Source: a virus (Duplodnaviria > Caudoviricetes). From it: DNA of 62,242 nt. Shown in pieces: positions 7,734 through 17,452 of the stretch. The position numbers were made by a program, and so were the translations under genes. How positions within the stretch are numbered: the stretch's first letter is position 1; each line of letters starts with the position of its first letter. Location: the IMG/VR virus record IMGVR_UViG_3300009183_000009, positions 1 to 62,242 of that record; one strand, given 5' to 3'. The notes below the pieces were generated by a model, which was not told the DNA's origin, searched no databases, and saw nothing but the letters and a program-made list of their open reading frames with translations.

Positions 7734-9761
7734 ATGCCATTAGTTCAAACTAGAGGTGCGGCATCGGCTCAAGGCTTTGGCGAGTTTGCAAAAAGCGGCC
7801 CTGTTAACTACATCGAGGATGTGTTCTCTACTTGGTTGTACACGGGTAATGGTTCAACTGGGCAAACAATTGCAAATGGAATTGATTTATCAACTAATGG
7901 TGGAATGGTTTGGGCTAAATCTAGAAGCAATGCTCAAACTGGTTTTATATTTGATACATCAAGAGGTAGTGGAAAATATTTAATTCCGTCAGCAACCAAT
8001 GCATCCGCCAATGGAACGCCAAATGGAGTTACTTTTCTTACAAATGGATTTTCTACTGTTGATGGAATTGCGCCAACCTTTGCTAACCTATGCAACCAAA
8101 GCGGATACACCTACGCCTCATGGACATTCCGCGAACAGCCTAAGTTTTTTGATGTTGTGACGTATACGGGGAATGGAAGCACAAGCCAATCTATTAGTCA
8201 TTCACTTTCGTCAACACCAAGATTTATAGTTGTAAAATCAACAAGTACTTCCGCTACAAACTGGAAAGTTTTAGCATGGGATGGAACAAATTATCAGCTT
8301 TTATATTTAAATTTAACTAACGCTGGCGCAAATGTAGGAACGCTTACTTCTTATGTTTCTTCAACCTCAATAGATTATGGTGGAATTAGTACGAATGTTG
8401 AAAGTGGTTTTAATACAAATGGTCAAACATATGTAGCCTACCTATTCGCCCATGACGCAGGTGGCTTTGGCCTGACGGGTACGGACAATGTGATTAGCTG
8501 TGGAAGTTATACAGGTGATGGAACAACTGATGGGTCTTACTTGGTATCCCTTGGTTATGAGCCGCAATGGGTTCTAGTTAAAAGAACAGATTCAAGTACT
8601 AATGGCGGCTGGCACATGATTGATACGATGCGTGGAATGCCAACGGCAACATCTGCGTCGTCAATTACCGCTTTATTGTTAGCCAACACTAGTGCGGCTG
8701 AAGTTTTAGATTCAACTGGAGGCCCAAAAGCAACTGGATTTAGTCCTGTTGCATCTTTAACAAACACAAACGCCGCTACCTACATCTACATAGCCATACG
8801 CCGTGGCCCGATGAAAGTGCCCACGTTGGGTACGAGTGTGTTTAACTCTTTGTTGATTACTGGAAACGGCGCAAACAGAACTGTTACAGGTGTTGGCTTT
8901 CCTGCTGATTTGTTTCACAGCAAAGCAAGAAACATAGGATTTGCTAATTCATTTTATGATCGTTTGCGTGGGGCAACAAAAGAGTTAGTTCCAAACTCTA
9001 CAGCAATAGAAAATACTGATGCGACTTCATTGACTGGTTTTGACGTTCAAGACGGTGTCCGCCTTGGAACTGATAGCGTGGGTAACGCAACAGTAAATTA
9101 TCCGGGCGGGTACGATTACGTTGAGCATTATTTCAGACGTGCCCCATCGTTTTTTGATGAGGTTTGCTATACGGGGAATAATGTTTCAGGCAGAGCAATT
9201 ACACATAACTTGGCGGCAGTGCCTGAGTTAATGATTGTAAAAAGTAGAACTTCTAGCACAAGGGATTGGATAGTTTATGACGCTACCAATGGTGCAACCA
9301 AATACATGAATCTTAATAATAATTCAGCAAGCGGGGCTGGTTCGTTTTGGGTTAGTACTGCGCCAACATCAACTGTATTTACAGTAAGCGATTCAGCGTC
9401 AGTTAATGACTCTGCACAAAACTACGTTGCCTACCTGTTTGCAACCTGCGCTGGTGTAAGCAAAGTAGGCTCATACACAGGCAACGGAACAACCCAAACC
9501 ATTAATTGCGGCTTTGGTGCTGGTGGCGCTAGGTTTGTGTTAATTAAGCGCACAGACTCCACTGGTGATTGGTACGTTTACGACACAGCCCGTGGCATGA
9601 CGGTGTTGACAGACCCGTATTTGTTTTTAAACAGCGTAGCGGCTGAAGTTGCAACCCTTGGCTCAGTAACCACTGTATCAACAGGCTTTGCGCTGAACTC
9701 AACAATCTTGGCGGCAATCAATGTGAGTGCTGGCACATATATCTTCTTGGCAATCGCATAA
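7734..9761 (+). CDS. Tail fibre / receptor-binding protein with YTGNG repeats
   Basis: Repeated FFD.V.YTGNG...H.L...P...I.K and YVAYLFA modules. Confidence 0.75.
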   Translation: MPLVQTRGAASAQGFGEFAKSGPVNYIEDVFSTWLYTGNGSTGQTIANGIDLSTNGGMVWAKSRSNAQTGFIFDTSRGSGKYLIPSATNASANGTPNGVTFLTNGFSTVDGIAPTFANLCNQSGYTYASWTFREQPKFFDVVTYTGNGSTSQSISHSLSSTPRFIVVKSTSTSATNWKVLAWDGTNYQLLYLNLTNAGANVGTLTSYVSSTSIDYGGISTNVESGFNTNGQTYVAYLFAHDAGGFGLTGTDNVISCGSYTGDGTTDGSYLVSLGYEPQWVLVKRTDSSTNGGWHMIDTMRGMPTATSASSITALLLANTSAAEVLDSTGGPKATGFSPVASLTNTNAATYIYIAIRRGPMKVPTLGTSVFNSLLITGNGANRTVTGVGFPADLFHSKARNIGFANSFYDRLRGATKELVPNSTAIENTDATSLTGFDVQDGVRLGTDSVGNATVNYPGGYDYVEHYFRRAPSFFDEVCYTGNNVSGRAITHNLAAVPELMIVKSRTSSTRDWIVYDATNGATKYMNLNNNSASGAGSFWVSTAPTSTVFTVSDSASVNDSAQNYVAYLFATCAGVSKVGSYTGNGTTQTINCGFGAGGARFVLIKRTDSTGDWYVYDTARGMTVLTDPYLFLNSVAAEVATLGSVTTVSTGFALNSTILAAINVSAGTYIFLAIA

Positions 9762-9770
9762 GGAAACATC

Positions 9771-10274
9771 ATGCAAATCAGAATCCAGTCAACAGGCGCA
9801 GTTATGTACGAGGCAGAGTTTCGTGCATACACAAAAGCCAATGGTGGCCCATCATGGGAAACAACAACAGATGAAGTCCTAGAAGCCTTGGGTGCTGACG
9901 TTGTCTTTGAAGGCCCACAAGCATCAGGCGGCACTGTCTACCAGTATTCACAAGCCTCTGGCGTAGAGGAGATCGGTGGCAAGTGGTATACCAAACATGT
10001 GCTTGGCCCTGTCTTCACAGACCGTGCGGCTACAGAAACCGAGCCAGCAATGACTGCCGCTGAACAAGAAGCTGCTTATAAGACCGCTAAAGACGTAGAG
10101 CAAGCCAAATCTATACGCAACTCACGTACAGTAATGCTCAATGACAGCGACTGGACACAACTTGCCGACAGCACTGTTGATAAAGAGGCGTGGGCAACAT
10201 ACCGTCAAGCACTGCGGGACATCACGGCACAGGCTGGTTTTCCTTGGACAATTACTTGGCCTGACGCACCATAG
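9771..10274 (+). CDS. Tail fibre assembly chaperone
   Basis: C-terminal R..L..SDWTQL.D...W..YRQALRDI..Q.GFP..I.WP signature. Confidence 0.85.
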   Translation: MQIRIQSTGAVMYEAEFRAYTKANGGPSWETTTDEVLEALGADVVFEGPQASGGTVYQYSQASGVEEIGGKWYTKHVLGPVFTDRAATETEPAMTAAEQEAAYKTAKDVEQAKSIRNSRTVMLNDSDWTQLADSTVDKEAWATYRQALRDITAQAGFPWTITWPDAP

Positions 10275-10283
10275 GGGCTGTAA

Positions 10284-10952
10284 ATTGATCCTCTCAGCAT
10301 CCTCTTTGCCGCTAACGCTTGCGTTGCCGCCATCAAGCAGGGGTGCAAACTCTATAAAGACGCTAAAACGTCTTTCATGGAGATCAAGAAAACTGTTGAT
10401 GAAGTTGCTTCAGATGTCAAAGCAGTCAGAGGGTTCTGGGCAAAGCTCTTCGGAACAGCGCCCACCACAAGCCCCAAGCCTGTGGCGAAAAAGAAGGAAG
10501 CCTACGTTGCCGTCAACGAAACCCAAGTCATGGCAGACATCGTTACTCAGCTTTCTCAGTTCTTTAAGCTGCAAGAACAGCTTGCTGAGCACATAAGGGA
10601 AGAGGAAGAGAAGAGCAAAACGGTCTACGACCCCGACGCTAACCTGATGGAAGCCGCCCTAAAGAGGGTAATGGCTCAAGACCAAATGGCGCTGTTGGAG
10701 ACGGAGATCAGAGAGGCGATGGTATACGGCGCTCCAAAAGAGATGGGTGCTTTGTATTCCAAAGTGTTTGATATGCGGGATGTCATCAAGGTAGAGCAGG
10801 ACAGGGCAAGGAAGAAACGGGATGATGAGTCATGGCAACGCAAAGAGGAGGAGCGGCTCCTAAGAGAAAGGCAGGCATACCTGCTGGCGACTATCCTATT
10901 CCTCCTGTATATGTGGTTGCTCCTCGGCCTCTTGCACAGGATTGGGAGATAG
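10284..10952 (+). CDS. Coiled-coil protein with C-terminal TM helix; probable ATT start (first ATG at 10377)
   Basis: Frame is open from ATT 10284 directly after an in-frame TAA; AGGGG lies 6 nt upstream; hydrophobic C-terminus. Confidence 0.7.
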   Translation: MDPLSILFAANACVAAIKQGCKLYKDAKTSFMEIKKTVDEVASDVKAVRGFWAKLFGTAPTTSPKPVAKKKEAYVAVNETQVMADIVTQLSQFFKLQEQLAEHIREEEEKSKTVYDPDANLMEAALKRVMAQDQMALLETEIREAMVYGAPKEMGALYSKVFDMRDVIKVEQDRARKKRDDESWQRKEEERLLRERQAYLLATILFLLYMWLLLGLLHRIGR

Positions 10953-10954
10953 TT

Positions 10955-11131
10955 GTGGGATGGATTGCCGCTTGCTTGCTTATAGTAGCGCTGCTCCCTC
11001 TGCTGGGGATGCTGTACTTGGATGTGCTGGAAACAAAGCACGAGGCCAAACAGCAGATTGAAAAGATGGAAAAACTGCGTAGAGACATTGAAAAGGAAAA
11101 ACGAGATGCAAGCGCCGATAGACCCAAATGA
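10955..11131 (+). CDS. Small membrane-anchored coiled-coil protein
   Basis: GGGAG RBS and GTG 10955; TM segment WIAACLLIVALLPLLGMLYL then a charged helix. Confidence 0.65.
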   Translation: MGWIAACLLIVALLPLLGMLYLDVLETKHEAKQQIEKMEKLRRDIEKEKRDASADRPK

Positions 11132-11375
11132 CAGAACGGCTAAACACTTTATCTATTACTTTGCTTGGTTCTGGTCAACAACCTCAGTCGTCTACTTTTT
11201 TTGTGTGACATTTATCACATTGCCTGAGGGTGGTAGAGACTTTGCCAATATCATTTTGGGCTTCTTGCTTGGTACAGCGGTTGCCACCATCATTTCGTTC
11301 TTTTATGGCTCAAGCAAATCAAGCAAAGACAAGACTGATGCCATGATGAAAACCGACGAACCACCAAAACCATAA
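11106..11375 (+). CDS. Holin-like two-TM protein
   Basis: Two hydrophobic helices and a FFYGSS..S..K motif; upstream of spanin and endolysin. Confidence 0.7.
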   Translation: MQAPIDPNDRTAKHFIYYFAWFWSTTSVVYFFCVTFITLPEGGRDFANIILGFLLGTAVATIISFFYGSSKSSKDKTDAMMKTDEPPKP

Positions 11376-11384
11376 GGGGCAAAC

Positions 11385-11627
11385 ATGGAGCAAACATTAC
11401 GAGGCAAGCTAACTTATAGGGTAACCCTGATGGTTGCCTCCACTTTGTGTATTGTGGTGTGTGGCATGGTGTTTACCCTGATGATTGGGTTGTTTGACGA
11501 CAAGGTAGACAACGCCGAAATCTTTAAGCTCATCAGCCCAGCATTTCAAACGGTGGTGGGTGGGTTCATTGGTTTGTTGGCTGGCATCAAGTTGTCCCAT
11601 GACGACGAAGAGGTCACCAAGTCGTGA
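11385..11627 (+). CDS. Second holin/antiholin-like two-TM protein
   Basis: Two TM helices (SPAFQTVVGGFIGLLAGI); lysis cassette context. Confidence 0.65.
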   Translation: MEQTLRGKLTYRVTLMVASTLCIVVCGMVFTLMIGLFDDKVDNAEIFKLISPAFQTVVGGFIGLLAGIKLSHDDEEVTKS

Positions 11628-12091
11628 GTTTATTCAATCCATACGTCTTGCTTGGCATTGTCCTTGCCATTCTTGGCAGTTTTGGAGGCGGGTACTACAA
11701 GGGTGAGCAGAATGAGTATGACCGCCAGCAGATTGAGATTGCCCGTTTAAACCAGCAGGCACGGGAAACAGAACAGCGTATGGGGGAGGTTGCCCAGACA
11801 TACGCCCAGACTTTAAGGAAAGCCAACAATGTTGCAAAAGCTAAAGAAACTCAGCTACGTACTGATATTGCCTCTGGTGAGCGCAAGCTGTTCATTCCTG
11901 TCAAAACCTCCTGCCCCGTACCAAGCGCCGGTAATGCCGCCTCTGCCGCCGGAGATAGCCGAGAAACAAGAACCGAACTTGACAGATCGGTTGCTGAAGC
12001 TCTTATCGCAATCACAGCCGACGGCGACCAAGCCATCCGCAAGCTCAACGCCTGCATCGACCAATACGAAACCTTGAGGAAAATGAAATGA
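11624..12091 (+). CDS. Rz: Rz-like inner-membrane spanin
   Basis: N-terminal TM, coiled coil, G..KL.I...C and D....KLNAC...Y motifs. Confidence 0.85.
   Translation: MSLFNPYVLLGIVLAILGSFGGGYYKGEQNEYDRQQIEIARLNQQARETEQRMGEVAQTYAQTLRKANNVAKAKETQLRTDIASGERKLFIPVKTSCPVPSAGNAASAAGDSRETRTELDRSVAEALIAITADGDQAIRKLNACIDQYETLRKMK
11829..12077 (+). CDS. Rz1: Rz1-like outer-membrane lipoprotein spanin nested in Rz
   Basis: +1 frame inside Rz; signal peptide MLQKLKKLSYVLILPLVSAS-C; Pro-rich mature part. Confidence 0.75.
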   Translation: MLQKLKKLSYVLILPLVSASCSFLSKPPAPYQAPVMPPLPPEIAEKQEPNLTDRLLKLLSQSQPTATKPSASSTPASTNTKP

Positions 12092-12555
12092 CTCAACTCA
12101 CGGCCAACTTTTCCCTGCACGAACTGACCAAATCAGAGACTGCCCTGCGTATGGGCTTTGACAACACCCCCGGCGAGGCCGAGACTGAAGCTTTGCGTTT
12201 GCTGGCTGAGAAGGTTCTCCAACCTGTGCGCGATCACTTTGGTAAAGGGGTTAAGTGTAATTCTGGGTTCCGCAGTGCGGAAAGTAATGCAGCAGTCGGA
12301 GGATCTCGTACCTCAGACCATTGCCTTGGGAGAGCAGCCGATATAGAAATTCCCGGTGTCCCCAACGCAGAACTTGCCCAATGGATCATGGATAACTTAG
12401 AATACACACAACTCATCCTTGAGTTCTACACCCCCGGCATCCCTGATAGCGGCTGGGTGCATGTGTCTTACGACCCAAACAACCTGAAAAAACAGGAGTT
12501 GACCGCAATGAAAGTCGCTGGTAAAACCCAATACGTTGCTGGTCTTGTAGCCTAA
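12088..12555 (+). CDS. Endolysin, peptidase M15A family
   Basis: SGFRS...N..VGG...S.H..G.AAD and WVHVS zinc-peptidase motifs. Confidence 0.92.
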   Translation: MTQLTANFSLHELTKSETALRMGFDNTPGEAETEALRLLAEKVLQPVRDHFGKGVKCNSGFRSAESNAAVGGSRTSDHCLGRAADIEIPGVPNAELAQWIMDNLEYTQLILEFYTPGIPDSGWVHVSYDPNNLKKQELTAMKVAGKTQYVAGLVA

Positions 12556-12557
12556 CC

Positions 12558-14669
12558 ATGCCACTTTCCAAGATCCTATTTAAGCCGGGTGTCAACAAAG
12601 AAAACACTCGCTACACCACCGAAGGGGGTTGGTACGAAGCCGACAAGGTACGCTTTCGCCAAGGCAATCCTGAAGTTGTTGGCGGGTGGGAGCCTTACTC
12701 TGCGGCTACGTACCAAGGCGTATGTCGTTCATTGTGGAATTGGGTAACGCTTGGTGGCAATAATCTACTTGGCGTTGGCACAAACCTCAAGTTCTATATC
12801 AATCAAGGCGGTCTCTACTACGACATCACGCCAATCCGTGCGTCTTCTACGATCAACAACAACCCGTTTGTAGCTACAAATGGCTCCACCACAATCACAG
12901 TAACAGATACAAATCATGGTGCGCTGACAGGAGATTTTGTTACGTTTAGTGGCGCTGTTAGCCTTGGCGGGAATATTACGGCTACGGTATTAAATGCGCA
13001 GTATCAAGTCACAGTCCTCACCGCAAACACATACACATTTACAGCAACAGCTACGGCAAACGCAACGGATGCTTCTGGTTCTCCCGGCGGCGGTGCTTCT
13101 GTTGTAGCTGCATATCAAATTGGTGTTGGCCCTGCAATTCCTACTCCCCTTGTAGGTTGGGGCGCTGGTAGTTGGGGTGAATCAGGTACAACATGGGGCA
13201 ATGGCGGGACATCTACGTCAGCACTTCGTTTGTGGAACCAAATCAACTACGGACAAGACTTGGTCTACGGCCCCCGCACCGGCGGTATTTACTACTGGAG
13301 TGCGACTAACACTGTAAGCACTCGGGGCGTATTACTTAATACGCTTGGCGGCACAGTATCCTTTACAAACGCTTCTCCTACGGCTGTTACTTCAACTGTT
13401 CTCTATACCGAAGGCGCTGCGCTTCAATTTTCTGGCGGCTCACTGCCAACTGGCGTGTCTGCGGCAACTACGTACTATGTATTCCAAGTTAGTGGACTTA
13501 CATTTAACTTAGTAGATGCCTCAGGTAACGTAATCAATACATCGAGTTCAGGCACAGGCACAGTATCCTTAATCGTGGATGTGCCTACAGTTCAGAACAA
13601 CATCACGTCGTCTGACACTTCGCGTTTTATAATTGCGTTTGGTTGTAACGATTACGGCTCAATCGTGCTAGACCCCATGTTAATTCGCTGGTCAGCGCAA
13701 GACGATATCTATAACTGGACACCGTCAATTACAAACCAAGCGGGTAGCATCCGTATATCTCATGGTTCAGAAATTGTAGGTATTGTACAAACTCGACAAG
13801 AAGTTGTAGTATTTACCGACTCGGCTGTATATTCACTTCAGTATCTTGGCCCTCCTTACGTTTGGGTTCCGCAGCTTCTTGGTGACAACATCTCTATCAT
13901 GAGCCCTAATGCGGCTGTGATTGCTTCGGGCGTTGTGTACTGGATGGGGGTAGATAAGTTTTACCAATACGATGGTCGGGTAAATACTTTATCTTGCGAT
14001 CTACGTCGTCATGTGTTTGGTGACCTTAACCAAGAGCAAGCACTACAAGTGTTTGCGGGAACAAGCGAAGGTTTCAATGAGGTCTGGTGGTTCTACTGTT
14101 CGGCCAGTAGTACTGCGGTGGACAAATACGTTATCTATAACTATGAAGAAAAAATCTGGTACTACGGCACTATGTCACGCACAGCTTGGCTTGACTCTGG
14201 GTTACAAGATGTTCCTATCGCGGCAAATTACACCACGACTACGCTCACGGGTAACTTGATTAACCATGAGACAGGTTTAAATGACAACACAACCGGCACT
14301 GCTGTTGCAATTGATGCTTACATTGGTTCGTCTGAGTTTGATATTGGTGACGGGCACAACTTTGGTTTTGTGTGGCGCGTCTTACCTGATTTAAGTTTTG
14401 ATAATTCCACTAACAGTCCTGCCGCCGTTGCCCCACAGGTAACTATGACGCTGTACGGTCTGACTAATTCAGGCTCTGGGGTTACAAACAGTGCTAACGG
14501 CACAGTCGTTAAGGGTAGTACGTATGTTATTACCGAAGAGTTTACGGGGCAAATCTATACACGTATGCGCGGTCGCCAGATGATATTTAAGATTGGCTCC
14601 AACCAAATTAATACAACATGGCAACTGGGCGCACCACGAATTGACATCAGACCTGATGGCAGACGCTAA
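12558..14669 (+). CDS. Tail nozzle / packaged-DNA stabilisation protein
   Basis: PG...E.T.Y..EG.W...DKVRFR start, IRWS.Q, EVWWFY, and final R.D.RPDGRR; has inserted beta domains. Confidence 0.7.
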   Translation: MPLSKILFKPGVNKENTRYTTEGGWYEADKVRFRQGNPEVVGGWEPYSAATYQGVCRSLWNWVTLGGNNLLGVGTNLKFYINQGGLYYDITPIRASSTINNNPFVATNGSTTITVTDTNHGALTGDFVTFSGAVSLGGNITATVLNAQYQVTVLTANTYTFTATATANATDASGSPGGGASVVAAYQIGVGPAIPTPLVGWGAGSWGESGTTWGNGGTSTSALRLWNQINYGQDLVYGPRTGGIYYWSATNTVSTRGVLLNTLGGTVSFTNASPTAVTSTVLYTEGAALQFSGGSLPTGVSAATTYYVFQVSGLTFNLVDASGNVINTSSSGTGTVSLIVDVPTVQNNITSSDTSRFIIAFGCNDYGSIVLDPMLIRWSAQDDIYNWTPSITNQAGSIRISHGSEIVGIVQTRQEVVVFTDSAVYSLQYLGPPYVWVPQLLGDNISIMSPNAAVIASGVVYWMGVDKFYQYDGRVNTLSCDLRRHVFGDLNQEQALQVFAGTSEGFNEVWWFYCSASSTAVDKYVIYNYEEKIWYYGTMSRTAWLDSGLQDVPIAANYTTTTLTGNLINHETGLNDNTTGTAVAIDAYIGSSEFDIGDGHNFGFVWRVLPDLSFDNSTNSPAAVAPQVTMTLYGLTNSGSGVTNSANGTVVKGSTYVITEEFTGQIYTRMRGRQMIFKIGSNQINTTWQLGAPRIDIRPDGRR

Positions 14670-15316
14670 TGGCTTCTAAAAACCGAATCCTTGCTCCAGC
14701 TTCACCCAGCTTACCATTGGCTACGGATCAGTACGAACGGCGTTATCAAGACCAATTTACCAATATTTTGCGTTTGTACTTCAACCAACTACAGAACTCT
14801 TTAGCTGAACTATTTAGTGACGCTGGCGGTAAATACATTGCACTTCCTTACGGGGCGTTTTCAGACTTTACGTCCCAAACAACTACAGTCAATACAGCTA
14901 CGTTGATGGCCCTAAACACCACGGATTTTTCTAACACGGTGTCGTTGCGAACAGGGTCAAAGATAACGGTGGAAAACGCCGGTATTTACAACTTGCAATT
15001 TAGCGCGCAGTTACAGAATTTAGATAATGCACCGCAAGACGTATTCATTTGGCTTAAACAAAATGGCACAGACATAGTTGGTTCTACAGGAAAAGTTGGT
15101 ATGCCCGCTAGAAAAAGTGCGGGCGTTCCGTTTCACGACATCAAAGGCTGGAACTACTTTTTGTCCATGAACGCAAACGACTACGTTCAGATTTACTGGT
15201 CTACAACTAATGCGTCTGTAACCATAGAAACTTATGCGGCTTCAGGCACGCCAACCAAACCGTCAACCGCCTCTGTGGTAGCCACACTTTCATTTGTGTC
15301 TGCGCTCTCAACATGA
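14669..15316 (+). CDS. Tail-associated protein with C-terminal jelly-roll (C1q/TNF-like) domain
   Basis: LRLYFNQL helix followed by G.YNLQFS.Q...W...NG...DYVQIYW. Confidence 0.6.
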   Translation: MASKNRILAPASPSLPLATDQYERRYQDQFTNILRLYFNQLQNSLAELFSDAGGKYIALPYGAFSDFTSQTTTVNTATLMALNTTDFSNTVSLRTGSKITVENAGIYNLQFSAQLQNLDNAPQDVFIWLKQNGTDIVGSTGKVGMPARKSAGVPFHDIKGWNYFLSMNANDYVQIYWSTTNASVTIETYAASGTPTKPSTASVVATLSFVSALST

Positions 15317-15349
15317 TACGATCCAACAACCCATATTTCAGAGGCAAAT

Positions 15350-17443
15350 ATGAATGTATTTAAACGGGCGCTAACTCCCGAAACCTACACAAATGCACTA
15401 GCAGACCCCGGCAGCGCGATCAAGAATGTCGTGTCCGACCCTGCCTTTGGCTTAGTGGCTGGCACTATGTTGGGTATGCCCGCGTTTGGTGGGTTTTCGG
15501 CTGGCACAGCTGCGCTGATGGCTGGCGGTATCTCTGCTTTGGCTACGGGAAGTTTGCAAAAAGGTTTTATGACAGGTCTGAGTGCCTATGGCGGCGCTGG
15601 ATTGGGCGCATCTTTAGCCGGTGCTGGTCAGTCTGCTATTGAGCAAGGAGCATTAAACCAGTCTGCGGCAGAAAGCGCACGCTTGGGCATGTCGCAGGCA
15701 CCTTTTGCAGAAGAAGCGGTTAGGGCTGGCGCAGAAGCATCTGCGTTAGACAAACTCAGTGCCGGTTTTGGCGCAGTTACAAGTTCTCCAGATGCGGCAT
15801 TACAGTTTGCTAAGGATAACTACGGCAAAGCTCTCATGGCCGCAGGCCCCATACTTGCCGATCAGATGGTAGCGACAAAAACACCGTTGCCAACAGCAGG
15901 TTCTCTTTCGGGCCCAAGTTACATCCGCCCATATGCCATGACCCGTAAAGTCCGCCAACCAGAGCCGGATATTGGTTCGCGGCAGCAAAACTGGTTTGAC
16001 ACAACATGGGAGAGAGGCGAGCCCTATAAAGCAGCGAACGGCGGTATTGTTGCGCTTGCCGGTGGCGGTATGACCTCCCAAGGTGCCTATGATTTTTTGA
16101 TGGGCAAGAAGAGTGATACAGGCTCTGCCCCACTGGTTAACACCGTTACCCAAGCGCCCACGTACGAAGGTCACTACGAATATGATGCGGCAACAGGCAC
16201 AAGCCGGTTTGTGCCAGCGCGTATGGACATGACTACAGCGATGAAACCTGTTATTTCAACTACTACGCCTACTACGCCTACAACGGACACTGCTGGGATT
16301 ACTACACTTGTTCCGGGATATGGTAATCCCAATGCCGCAGCAGCCCAAGCTGCTTCTTTTGCTGCCCTGACTCCTGCGCAACAGGCGACTCATCAAGCGC
16401 AATTGGCGGCAATTAACGAGGGTTTGACTCCACTGGCAATTAAAATATTTAAACAAATAAAACAACAAATACTTAACAAACAACCAAACGAAGCTCTTGC
16501 TGATGTTGTGAATATGGATACCCTGTCTCCTGATGCTCAAGCCCAAGCGGACGGTTTTGCCAATGCCGCCGCCGCTAACGCCGCCGCTAATTCTGCTCAA
16601 GGTGTTTCAGCCGCAAATGCAGCCGCTGCAATTGGAGCGGCAAACGCCGCCGGTAATGCTGGGGCCACCGGTACAAGTTCAGGCCCCGGTGGTATGGCGG
16701 GAGCAACAGGTCAAGCAGGTGTTGCTGCATCCGCAGCCGCTGGAAATGCTGGTGTGGCAGGTGCGGCAGGCCCCGGAAGTTCTGGCGGTGTTGGTAGCGG
16801 CGCTGGCGTCGGCGCTGGCAATGGTAGCGGCGGCTCATCTGCCGGTGGTAGCTCTGCTGGATCAGCCTACTCAGATGTCCGGATGAAAGACAATATCAAG
16901 CCAATCGGCAACGCACTCAGCAAAGTCAAGAAGTTAGACGGCATTACTTATGACATGGCTGGCAAGCGCGGCGCAGGCTTAGCGGCTCAACAAGTTGAGA
17001 AAGTATTACCCGAAGTTGTCCACAAAGATGCTAAAGGTATGCGTAAGCTGGACTACGGCAATACTGTGGGCTTGCTGGTTGAGGCTGTAAAAGAGCTTGA
17101 CGCCAAGAAAAAAGCTGGTGGTGGCATATTGCAAGGTTACGCCACTGGTGGGTTATCTGACCTCGGCTCTTACTCAGACGGCGGCAGATTACTGCGCGGC
17201 CCCGGTGACGGCGTGTCCGACTCTATCCCTGCAATGATTGGCAAAAATCAGCCTGCACGTTTAGCCGACGGTGAGTTTGTAGTACCCGCACGTATTGTTT
17301 CTGAAATTGGTAACGGATCCACCGAAGCTGGCGCACGCAAGCTATACGCAATGATGGACAGAATTCAGGCAGCACGTAGGAAAACCGTTGGCAAAGGCAA
17401 GGTAGCCGCAAACACTAAAACAGATAAGTATCTTCCCGCTTAA
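15350..17443 (+). CDS. Internal virion (ejection) protein with Gly-zipper N-terminus, peptidase S74 domain and GPGDG.SDSIPA domain
   Basis: YSDVRMKDNI...G..AQ.VE.VLPE.V...LDY.....LLVEAVKEL at 16871-17100; GPGDGVSDSIPA...LADGEFVVPA near the C-terminus. Confidence 0.8.
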   Translation: MNVFKRALTPETYTNALADPGSAIKNVVSDPAFGLVAGTMLGMPAFGGFSAGTAALMAGGISALATGSLQKGFMTGLSAYGGAGLGASLAGAGQSAIEQGALNQSAAESARLGMSQAPFAEEAVRAGAEASALDKLSAGFGAVTSSPDAALQFAKDNYGKALMAAGPILADQMVATKTPLPTAGSLSGPSYIRPYAMTRKVRQPEPDIGSRQQNWFDTTWERGEPYKAANGGIVALAGGGMTSQGAYDFLMGKKSDTGSAPLVNTVTQAPTYEGHYEYDAATGTSRFVPARMDMTTAMKPVISTTTPTTPTTDTAGITTLVPGYGNPNAAAAQAASFAALTPAQQATHQAQLAAINEGLTPLAIKIFKQIKQQILNKQPNEALADVVNMDTLSPDAQAQADGFANAAAANAAANSAQGVSAANAAAAIGAANAAGNAGATGTSSGPGGMAGATGQAGVAASAAAGNAGVAGAAGPGSSGGVGSGAGVGAGNGSGGSSAGGSSAGSAYSDVRMKDNIKPIGNALSKVKKLDGITYDMAGKRGAGLAAQQVEKVLPEVVHKDAKGMRKLDYGNTVGLLVEAVKELDAKKKAGGGILQGYATGGLSDLGSYSDGGRLLRGPGDGVSDSIPAMIGKNQPARLADGEFVVPARIVSEIGNGSTEAGARKLYAMMDRIQAARRKTVGKGKVAANTKTDKYLPA

Positions 17444-17452
17444 GGAACAGTC

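Noticed and set aside
7734-9761. Diversity-generating retroelement target
   Set aside because: No reverse transcriptase and no near-identical template repeat seen; repeats are diverged protein modules.
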